Shown here one piece after another: positions 26,138 through 36,500 of a stretch of 64,000 nucleotides of DNA. How positions within the stretch are numbered: position 1 is the first letter of the stretch; every line of letters begins with the position of its first letter. The notes under the pieces were generated by a model that saw only the letters and a list, made by a program, of their open reading frames with translations, had not been told where the DNA came from and did no database searches. Source of the stretch: Chara braunii (lineage: Eukaryota > Plantae > Charophyceae); assembly GCA_003427395.1 (NCBI GenBank), contig BFEA01000044.1:1761974-1825973 (forward strand), given 5' to 3'. Position numbers and translations under genes: made by a program.

Positions 26138-28459
26138 GCCTCTACCTCTAGTCCTAGCGCAGAGCTGTATCACGCGCTGCTCCAGCAGCAAGTCACTCAG
26201 GAAGTGAGCTACTCCAACTTCGCGTGTGTGGGACTGGATCCCGCTATCTATAGTGCTGGGCCTGGCTGATGTGTCCATGGCCTGCAATCTGGGTCGCGAG
26301 GTCGTGAGTGCAATCCACGGACCAGGTTGCAGGAAGAAGTCCTGCTCCTCTGGTCCTGGCCTAAAACGGCCTGCCTGGGTCCCTACCGGACGTCCAGGGC
26401 TTCCCTGCAGCAGGGAATCCTGTCCGGACGAACCCCGACCTGGCCTAGAAAGGCCTAGCCACGAATGGAGGCCCAAAACGTGGCCTTGGTCCGAGCAGAG
26501 TGTAAGCCTGTTCGGACATACTGCACTCCAAAACGACATCCTGAAGGAGACAAAAATAGAACAGACAACGAGTCAAATGCTGGCTCAAATCTGAACCTGC
26601 AGCCTGAGAAATGGCTGTGGGCCTCCAGGTCGCGTGCCTTGAATGGGTGTGCGGCCTAGGGGCCCTCAGCAACCGTCGGGCCCCCAAAATGGGGCCCGTG
26701 TGCAGGCGCAGCATGCAACAGAGGACCTCGAAATTAAGTCGGCGAGACTGAAAGGATTCCACGCTGCAGACACCCGAGTCCTGGTTCCAAGGCCCCAAAT
26801 TGTCCTAGTTCCAGTTGGGCCCAGTCCCAGATGGTCCTGCTCCAACCTGTCCCAGTAGGTGAGTCCCAAGTAGGGTCGTTAGGGTCCTTAGGTCCGTAGG
26901 AGGCTGAAACATCGTAAGTCGGTGCCGGGCCAGTACCGAATCAGACCGGCAAATGTCCGACCGGTACCCAACGAGAAAGTTCAGGCCCAAAGTCCAATTT
27001 CGCAGCAGCATCCCAGGAACAGTCCGGAAGGTACCGGGCCACCAAAACTCATGCAGCAGACGGACAGCGGGCAACCGGTACGGGTCAGAAGCCAACCAAG
27101 TGTAGCATTCTATGGGCTCCTACACGGGCCCTTCAGGCCCGACATTTTCCTTCTCAGCCCTTAGGCGGCACAGCCCCTTTGGCTGGGCAACTTGGCGGGC
27201 CATGGCCACATTTTCGGCCTAGGCTCATAGCCTCCGTCCCATTCTCTTTCCTTTTCCAGCATTTATTCATTTATTTTTGCTGAGTGAGTTTGGGGCTGGG
27301 TTTTCGCTGGACTACTTTTGTCTGTTTCAGATGTGTTGGGCCAGACTTTTCCTTTTGATCTGCCTGTTCGGACCAGTGGATTTCAGTTTCAGTCATTGTA
27401 GGCCAGGTTCAGATTTGTCGGTATCTGGGACTGGACCAGGCATTTGTCTGTTTGTGCCTGGCCCAGTCCTCAGGACCCTGCTGCATCAGCAGGGTTGCCT
27501 GGACGTCTGATAGGGACCCAGGCAGGCCGTTTATGGCCAGGCATAGGACCAGGACTTGGGCCTGCGATCAGGACCATCGATCGGACATCAGATCCGATGG
27601 TCCTGATTGCAGACCGACTGCGCAGCCAGGGCCTGCGGTATATAGATGGGCCAGTCCTGCACTTTGAGGACATTCGCGCTGGAGCCTCAGTTGGGCATCA
27701 CGCTGCTGGAGCAGCGCCTGTTTGGGGAGAGCTGTGATAGAGCAGCGCTGGAGGAGTAGACGAGTAGGCTGGAGTGGAGATGTTGGTAGAGGCCATGTCA
27801 ACGAGGGAGAGAGAGACTTACCTGGGTGCCATAGCCGGGACTTCGTACCGGTCATGAGACTGGCCTTCAGCAGCGACCTGCATCAGCAGTCATCACCTTC
27901 GCTGGTCAGTATTCGTGGCATCGTCATCAGGAGCGCGCGAGACAGAGCAGAGTTCTACCTCAGGATGCTTCTTGGAAGAGTTCTTCTTCTTCTCCTTCTC
28001 CTGATTGTTCTCCGCTCCTCCATAGCCACTATTCTTCTTCTTCTTCTCCTCCCTCTTTTCTTCTTCTTCTTCAGAGAGAGAGAGAAATTCCAGACAGGAC
28101 TGTTTCAGGCCTATGTGCGCCCAGGATCTTATTCTACATTTTTGAGGACAGACACTAGCTGGACAATCAACAGAGAGACTATTTCTTGGATGACTACGAG
28201 TTCCACTCGTGTCCTCTCTCCCCTCTCCATCTTCGTCTCTCCTCCCCCCTTCATCATATGTGGTTTCTTCCCCATGTGTGCGCGTAAGCAGGGACCTTTC
28301 TTCTGTGTATGATTCCCCTCCTTGCTGTGTTGACATGTGTGACAATGATTGTGTGAGACGTGTGACATTGTGCATTATCTCCTTTTGTTCCAAGTCCTGT
28401 TCATCACACCGGCGCTCCTTGGACATGCGCATTGCTCATCTTCAGATGAGCATTCATCA
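25305..28459 (+). repeat. Putative 3' LTR, TG...CA, with ~1.1-1.3 kb imperfect inverted arms
   Basis: Starts TGATACATGCTC just after the integrase tail, ends GCATTCATCA; 25440-26400 is reverse-complementary to ~27450-28420. Confidence 0.6.
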
Positions 28460-28802
28460 CCAAGTCAAGCAACTATTAATAGCTGCTACAGTGCAGCCTG
28501 GGATATCTTTTGCCTTGTGGGAGATACGGAAGCGCTGCTGGTTGCTTGTCCGACCACACAGCTTGGACTGTGCGCCAGAGGGCCTGCTGGCGAGCACACC
28601 AGTTAGGGTTAAGGAAGGAGAAGGCGGCCATAGCTGCCATAGCTGAACTCGCAGTTGGAGAAGAGCGGATGTATCCAGGGTTACGATCCAAGTAGTAACA
28701 GATAGGGAGCGGGAGCGGAAGAGAAGAGAGAGAGACAGAGGGATACAAGGGTTGAGAGAGAAGTCAAGTCTTGAGAGGGCTATCACGGGGGGAAAGAGGG
28801 GG

Positions 28803-28869
<67 letters not shown>

Positions 28870-29074
28870 NNNNNNNNNNNNNNNNNNNNNNNNNNNNNNN
28901 NNNNNNNNNNNNNNNNNNNNNNNNNNNNNNNNNNNNNNNNNNNNNNNNNNNNNNNNNNNNNNNNNNNNNNNNNNNNNNNNNNNNNNNNNNNNNNNNNNNN
29001 NNNNNNNNNNNNNNNNNNNNNNNNNNNNNNNNNNNNNNNNNNNNNNNNNNNNNNNNNNNNNNNNNNNNNNNNNN

Positions 29075-29150
<76 letters not shown>

Positions 29151-29568
29151 CACAGGGGAGGATACTTGGTTACATACCTGATTGAGGATTGTTGTTGCAT
29201 GCGCTGATGAGCGCTGGTTACTGTTGTTGATTGCGCTGATGAGCGCTGGCTATCTGAACCACGAATTTGTAGAATATGAGTATTCGTTGAAGTTTCTGAG
29301 CTGCGCTGATTTGGTGTTCTTTATCTGGCTTTGGTTGTGCATGTTTCGTGGAGAGAGAATCTGAGCGGTTCATTGCAGAGAAATGAAAAAGAAATAAAAG
29401 ACAAATCAAAGACAGGGGAGGAGAAAGGCAAGAGAGAAAAAGGGAGAGAGAGAGAGACAGAGAGTTAGTTACCTGGTACAGAGTCTCTGTCATGCAGCAT
29501 AAACGAATGTCCGATTCATGGTCAATTGGACCAATTTTTTAAAATAGCAGCAGGGTTCCAGCTTTGAG

Positions 29569-29670
29569 ATACCTTTCTCAACCTTTTGGCTAAGATCAAG
29601 TGTCGTATCTGTTCTAAACTTCTCATCAGTTTAACATCTGACATGCGGTCCATCGGACCAATTAAAAAAA
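29569..29670 (+). pseudogene. U2: 3'-truncated U2 snRNA pseudogene
   Basis: ATACCTTTCTCaaCCTTTTGGCTAAGATCAAGTGTcGTATCTGTTCT...ATCAGTTTAAcATCTG matches the plant U2 5' half; branch-pairing GTAGTA mutated to GTCGTA; followed by an A tract. Confidence 0.85.
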
Positions 29671-29899
29671 GATGAGTACAGGTGGGAAGAACATATGGGA
29701 TGCGCTCCAATGTGAGAAATACAGAGAAGAGAAAAGAAGAGGGGGGAGAAGGAGACAGAAAAACAGGCGGGTGTCTGTTTTTCTTATTGTTTTATGATTC
29801 TTTAGATGGAATCGAAGCAAGGCTAGAAAGAAATAAAACGGGCAGGCTTGACAGAAGCGACAAAGCAACGAACACACAGACCTTTCCAAAAAACAAAAC

Positions 29900-29968
29900 A
29901 ATTAGCTCAGTTGATTGAGCACGTAAGTGGTATTCAGGAGGTCATCGGTTCGATTCCTTATGACGTCT
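29900..29968 (+). pseudogene. tRNA-like pseudogene or SINE head
   Basis: A box TAGCTCAGTTGATTGAGC, B box GGTTCGATTCC, variable loop AGGTC; acceptor and anticodon stems broken. Confidence 0.55.
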
Positions 29969-30510
29969 ATTCAATCCCCCGTCGGTCCCCTGTGATACGC
30001 TTCAGGTTCACCAGTGGAGATGATTGGCTTGGGCCTCCTGGCTGGTTGCAGAAGCAGCTGCATGCTTTCCAGCTCGTGCCAGGTGTTAGGAGCCGGAGTA
30101 CTGCTCCCCGCATGGAGCAGAGTTGAGCACAGTAGGACCGGGAATCCAACCCATAACCCTTAGTAGGTAACGGGTACTCTTTGACCTTAAACCCTGTGGT
30201 TGACTTTCGAAACATGGAACGGGGTTCCTTGCTGGTTGGGTTGCCGTGCCCCTTGCAGGTCCGGAAGGTGGGTAGATCAGTTTGAGTACACAGCCTGAGG
30301 TAGGTAGTGCGAGATGGGAAAATATTGAGAAAAGAAAATAGCATAGCAAATGCAGTTGTCCCCCCATACGAGGAGCAGGCAGCCTACATTATGAAAAAAG
30401 AAAATAGAAAAAAAGAGACAGGGAGAGAGAGAGAGGACGCTCAACAGACCTTTATCGCATCATCATACCTCACAGATACTACCAAATTGTGCTAGGCGTA
30501 CCATTTAGAG

Positions 30511-30548
30511 CTGTCTCTTATACACATCTAGATGTGTATAAGAGACAG
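30511..30548. other. Nextera mate-pair junction adaptor (two Tn5 mosaic ends); assembly artefact
   Basis: Exact CTGTCTCTTATACACATCT+AGATGTGTATAAGAGACAG between apparently identical 212-bp copies (30299-30510, 30549-30760). Confidence 0.97.
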
Positions 30549-30825
30549 GGTAGGTAGTGCGAGATGGGAAAATATTGAGAAAAGAAAATAGCATAGCAAA
30601 TGCAGTTGTCCCCCCATACGAGGAGCAGGCAGCCTACATTATGAAAAAAGAAAATAGAAAAAAAGAGACAGGGAGAGAGAGAGAGGACGCTCAACAGACC
30701 TTTATCGCATCATCATACCTCACAGATACTACCAAATTGTGCTAGGCGTACCATTTAGAGAGAGTGAGAGAAGGACACAGAGAGAGAGAGAGACAGAGAG
30801 ACTGAGAGAGGGAGGCTCAACAGAC

Positions 30826-31044
30826 CTTTATCGTATCGTCGTAGCTCGCGGATACTACCAAGTCGTGTTTGGGGTGCCATTTAACCATCTTCACGTCTTG
30901 AGTGTGACCATAGAGGACAGATATGAAGGCAAAGTCATCCTCTTCCTGTCTCTCCCAGATCCAGACACTCTTATCCCGACTACATGTGGCCAAATACTGG
31001 CCAGACCTGCTCCAGGCAACACTTTTCACTTCGTTTTCATGACC
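30826..31044 (-). CDS. CIA1: CIA1 coding exon 3 (73 codons); later exons not found in window
   Basis: ctgcag| acceptor; [31 protein letters not shown]...[13 protein letters not shown]...SASYDDTIK contains the CIA1 signature motifs; AAG|GTCTG donor. Confidence 0.93.
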
Positions 31045-31229
31045 CTGCAGGTGGGAATAACGAGCGCACAAAACAAAAGGATTTAGTTTTTTGTTAAATG
31101 GACCATTTATCGATTTCTGTGTTTCTGTTACGGACTCAGCCAGGGCTCGATCCCTGGTCCACGGGTTACCACCCGCCAGGCTGCTATTTTATTCCGAGTT
31201 CCTGATTTCCGGTTTCTGGACTGCTGGTG

Positions 31230-32550
31230 CCCTCTGCAGTTGGCGCCAGAGAGCACAAATGGGTAACCGTTGCCCGTACCCGGCTGTACCCAACTGTAAC
31301 CGCCTGGTTATGGGCGGGTATGGGTACCCTTTCCGAAGGGGGAGTTAGGTATGGGCAGGCACAAACAAAAGGTGGTGGTTGTTAGGGGGGCCACAATTGC
31401 CCTTTTTGGAGATCAAGGGTGGGTAGGGGCAGGTAGGGGTAGGGGTAAGCAAAATAAAAACGGGTATGGGCAGCCGGAAAAAAAAAAATAGACAGGTATG
31501 GCAGGTACGGGTGGCCAAAAAAATGAAGGGGTGGGTACGGGCGGGTAGAGGTTCCCATCGGGTAACCATGGTATACCCGATGTGAGTTTTGTAGCTTTGC
31601 AGGCTTTGTATTTTTGCTCAAGCATAACACTCTTCTCATATTCGAAATTTCTTGCTTTCCCATGAAGCAACGTTTTTCCTCGCAAGGGTGAATTTTATAT
31701 CTCTTTGTTTATTTATCTTTTGTTTTTCAAAATTTAAGACAATTTTCATATGTGTGTAACCCTGTGTATGTAACATTTATGTGTGTGTGTCGCAGGTGTG
31801 TATGCGTGTTTGTGTGTGTCAGAGTGTATGCGTGTGCGACAGACCGAGGGTTGTTGCATTTGCAGATGCTATACATGTTGCATAGGCTGCTGTAGCACCA
31901 GATGCATCCATAACAGCATCAGAGTGACCAGATGTAACAACTGTTGCTGTTGCGGCGGTAGCTGAAGCAGCTGCCACATCTCGAAAAAAAAAATAATAAT
32001 AATAATATTAACAATAACAAAAACAACCACGTCAATCCTGTGACGTCCAGGGGGTTGGGGACAGTTGGGGGCTGTTAAGGACAACCAGGGGTTAGGCGCA
32101 GTTAGGGACAGTTAGGGACAATTAGGGGCGGTTAGGGACAGTTAGGAGCAGGTAGGGACAATAAGGGGCGGTTATGGGCGGTTAGGGGATGGTGCGTGAT
32201 GAGCATGGGTGGTTGTGGGTGGGTGCCTATAATTATGGGTAGGTACGGGTGGGTACTGGTAAAGAAACTTGGGTAGGGCCTATGGGTGGTAAACAAACAG
32301 TTTGGGTTCAGGTGGCCATGGGCGGTTTTGAAAAAAAATGTTCATGGGCAGATATGGCCAGTTACATGCTGAAGAGGTTCAGGTAGGGTAGGTCTGGGTA
32401 TACTTTTTTTTTTTTTTTAGCAGGTGGAGATGGGTAAGGGTCCAGCATGCTAGGTATAAAGTGGGTATGGGTGGTTGGTTCTCAAAGAGGGTGTGGTTAG
32501 GTCAGGTACAAGTATTCCTAAAAATAGCAGTTGCAAACTTTGATGGATGC
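31230..32550. mobile_element. GGGTA-rich non-autonomous DNA-transposon-like repeat containing a 10-bp gttagggaca array (32050-32190)
   Basis: Dense gggta/taccc motifs at both ends; TIR and TSD not resolved. Confidence 0.35.
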
Positions 32551-32912
32551 TGCAGAGAGAATGGCAACCAGCAGATTATCAGATCAAGAGAGATGGAACA
32601 AGAAGAGATACGTAAGGAAACAGAAACTAAAGGTTTGGTGACGTTGTCCTCCTATTCAAAATTTCCCTTGAGACTCAGTGGACCAAACAATTGGAGCCCA
32701 GATGGCTCGGTCCTTACAAAATTACAGGTGAAGCAGAAGGCAAAGTCTATGAGATATCAGAGATGGATGGCTCGAGAGTTCATGATATGGTAACAGGGTC
32801 AAGACTTCGTAAGTTTATCTTCAGAGACCCTGACCTGGTCCCTACAACGATCACAGGAAAAGGAAAGAAAAGTCAATCATCCAGTAAGACAGCAGTTTCA
32901 GAAAGTTGAGAG

Positions 32913-33521
32913 CTACGTAGCACCGTGTTCGCATTCGAAGGCGAACGCGAACATGTTCGCCCGAACGTGAACAAGCGCCCAAAACCCTCCGAACGCGAAC
33001 ATAAAAAAAAGAAAAAAACAGTTCTCTGAAAAATCTGAAACAAATATATGTTATGTAAAATAATAATACAAGCAACTTTTGCCCTGGAGTCATGTTCAAA
33101 TTTGTAGCCCATCACGAGTTAAAAATAAAAAACCGAAAAAATATATATATACCGACAGTCTGTAGAGTTTTCCATCTGGTGTGGGTGAGTGATAGTCTAC
33201 TTTGATTTTGGTTAAGGTAGATTATCATTTACAGTGTAATCAGTGAGGGGATTCTGCAGACTGATGAGGGTTCAGCCTCCTGATGAGTCGGTGAAACTCT
33301 GACGAAACAGTTTGTCACAGCCCCTCATTTGTTGTCCTCTTCTCTCTCTCTGCCTACGGTTTACCGGGCAGTTCTGTTTGTGACGATATATTTACATATA
33401 TTTTACGAAAAAAAATACGTTCGCCCGAACATGTTCGCAAGCTGTTCGCGCGAACACGTTCGCGCGAACGTGAAGGAGCGCGAACGTGAAGGAGCGCGAA
33501 CACGTTCGCCGTGCTACGCAG
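32913..33521. mobile_element. hAT-like MITE, 609 bp
   Basis: TIR ctacgtagcac / gtgctacgcag; 8-bp TSD gttgagag/gctaagag (6 of 8 match); subterminal gttcgc/gcgaac repeats. Confidence 0.7.
33261..33330 (+). ncRNA. Type I hammerhead ribozyme motif, probably degenerate
   Basis: CUGAUGA (33280-86), stem II GUCGG/CUGAC with 7-nt loop, GAAA, 3-bp stem III, GUC (33314-16); distal stem I AUGAGGG/CCCUCAU, proximal stem I mispaired. Confidence 0.65.
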
Positions 33522-36500
33522 GCTAAGAGAGTATAGTGAGGCAGTGAGGTACTGTAAAGATAAGGGTTTCGGCAGACATTGACTACTCTTGCATTGTGAA
33601 TTCAGCATGTCAGACTTTATCACAAGGGACTTGGGAGAGACTTTTCCGATGATCCGTATTTGTTTCTGCATCTGAACTGATTTTACTATTTTTTATAAGC
33701 GACAGAATCAATGAGATCAAAGTGTCATGAATGATAGGCCACAGTCGATCCATGAATATCAAATCCCTAAGTGGGTAACTAACTGTGAAGTGCAATTGCA
33801 GTAATATCGAGTTCGGAGAACTCGTGGCTGCGGCACATCAAAGAGTAACTAGTATTAATCTCAAGAGAAAATATGATCGGCATAAAGAAATTCAGCCTTG
33901 CTTGACGAGAGAGTTGTCAGCCTGGGGACTAGATGTTTCTTGACTAAGTTGCCTATCTTTCGTCCCAGATGAGGGAAGGGACCTCTCTGGGGCCAGTATC
34001 TCTATGTTTCCTTGAGGCTGATGGGAGGTCTATTGGGAGTATTCTCAGATGAGGAAAGGGACCTCTCTGGGATCAGCACTTTGTATTTCCTGAGGCTGAA
34101 GGGAAGTCTCTAGGAAGTGCATTGTCGGTTGTCGCTTGTTGTTGTTCAGTGCCTTTTGAGACCGAAGGGAAGTCTTTTGAGAAATGTTTGTTCTGATATC
34201 TGGGGCATGGACTGTTTGACTGCGGGCTTGAGATGTTTGTTTGGCTGTCTGTGCCTGGGATTTTCTTCTCTAACCTAAAGATGCATTGATTGTCGGGGCT
34301 AGCGAGAGCCTTACCGTAGTAGGTTGCAATCTGGTGGGGTCAGCAGGTCTCCGACGCGAGTGTCGAATTCCGTAGTTGACTGAGGCTAAGACTCCGGGAG
34401 TCTGGCCTGTGAGGTCAAAAGGGGTCAGCACCGCATTTAGAGGATGCAATCCAGTAAGGTTCGCCAGAGCCTGGACTCGTGGTTAGACCGGGTCCCACGT
34501 TCGAAAATTTAGGCAGGGCACCCAGCGCCCTAGGCCAAAAACTGGTGGGTGAGCCGGTCCCCGATCGCAGTGGTCGAATCCGGGTACGGGACAGTTGGGC
34601 TGAATGAAGGTTTACTGTCATAGGGTGACCAGACCCGCTATAGTCTGGGTGTCCTGGCGAGAGTGCCAAAGGGTCACCATACTCGAGTAGTGGGTATGGT
34701 GGTCTTGACCTGGAGGCAGGTTAAAGGGGTCGTCAAGACAGATAGTCTGATTGGTCCTGGCCTAAGGCGGGCCGAATGAGGTATGTCAGACTGACGAGAG
34801 GCCTGTCATTCCTGGCCAGTGGTGGGCCAAAACCAAGGCAATCAATAACTCTTGGGTATGAAGAACTGTTTGTATTACTTATTATTTTATTTTGGGTTTA
34901 TCTTATTTTGTTCTATTTAATTATTGTTTGATGATTGTTTGTTCTATTTAATTATTGTTTGATGATTGTTTGTCAGTAAGCCTGTATGTTGGGACTGTGG
35001 AACTTGCTGTTTTGCAGGATCATGCAGACACATCAAAAGCTTCAAGGCCAGGGAAAAGAAAAGGGGTTTGGTATCCCCCTTTATTTGTCTGAGAAGTGAG
35101 GATATGCCTCGCTCAGACCAAAGAAAAATAACAGGGTTTGGTATCCCCAGAGTTGCTTGAGAAGTTGAGAAGACGTCTCACTCAAGTCAGAGAACAAGAA
35201 AAGGGTTTGGTATACCCTATCCCCAGTATGGCAGACAGAAGGAGTGTCCTCAATGTTAAAGTCAATTGGACAAATATCCCTGGCACCACCGTCAAAACAA
35301 GGAACAAGGTAACTTCATAGCTGAAAAAGTTCAGCGACAAGTCAAGCCAGCAGCAGATGAGAAATCCTTCCTAAATTCATTTGGTGGCCGACAAGCGGCC
35401 TGGTTCACAAGGAACCTGCATCCCCGACCTCGAGGTATTCAAACTCATAAGCCAGGGGCGCTATGGAATGGACTGAAGAGTCAAGAAAAGAAAAGGATTC
35501 AGAAGTTCAAGGAAAAATCACGCTTATACAGGATATAGAGGATAGCCATGAACTCGAGCTGAAGAAGTGTGAGGAGAAAGATAAGGCAGAAAATAGTACA
35601 ATCACTAAGATGAGAAGAGGGAGAAATTGTACATGGGACAGAGGTTGATGGAATAGGCATTAGGGCTCTACTTGCCGCGGGGATAGTAGGTGCTCTAGGT
35701 GAGTATGGAGGAGAAGAAGTGTCGGGCATGCTCCTCAAACTTCTTCTAGAAGTACTTCATCCTCGTAGGGGATGGAGTCCTTTCGTACCAGCCGGTAAAA
35801 GGCTGGCGCGGGTATGGCCTCATGTGGGAGCCGTAACCTCGCACTTCCTCGTCCTCCTCTGAGCTATATTCATGCCGTGTGCGAGTTGCCAGCTCTTCAC
35901 GAGTTTTTCCTCCCCTGCCACCTCTTCCTCTTCCCTGTCCTCGACGTGCCTTCGGCATGGCGCGTGCGTAGTAATGAGGACGCGAGAAGATACCGTAGGA
36001 GTAAAGAGAACAACGCTATTAAAAAAGGGAAAAGGGAGGTGACCGCACAAGTCGCCCAAGACGGCAACGCAATGGACAAAGGGAGAGTGTGCCGCAAAAG
36101 ACATAAGGAAGACACAGATCCGTGGCGAGAAACCCTGCCTTAAGCTGCTGTGAAAATGATCGAGTGCAGCACTGATCCTTGTTGCTTTTATACTGTTGTT
36201 TACTTTATTTTGGCCCAGTGGGGACGCTGGGCGTGGGTTTGGTATCATGTCCGAGGGCACGGTGTCCCGACCCTCCGCTTTGTGCCAGATGACAATTCAA
36301 GGAGTCCCACTATGTACCAGCTCCCTGCTCGGACTTCACAGCAAACCACCTTCTTGCCGACAGACCTCCACAGGTATTAGGCACACTCTATTTCTCGGCC
36401 CCATATCGTGCCAGGCGCTCCGCTTCTCAGTAATATACCAAACTTGCATGTGGTCGTTGTCGTCCAAGGACGCGTGGGTAGCGGGTCGGCGCACTGTTTC

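Noticed and set aside
29900-29968. Functional tRNA-Thr(GGT)
   Set aside because: Acceptor and anticodon stems do not pair.
30511-30548. Genuine Tn5 insertion or horizontal transfer
   Set aside because: Exact Nextera junction adaptor with no transposon body and duplicated flanks.
32050-32190. Interstitial telomere
   Set aside because: TTAGGG occurs within a degenerate 10-bp unit (gttagggaca), not as tandem 6- or 7-mers.
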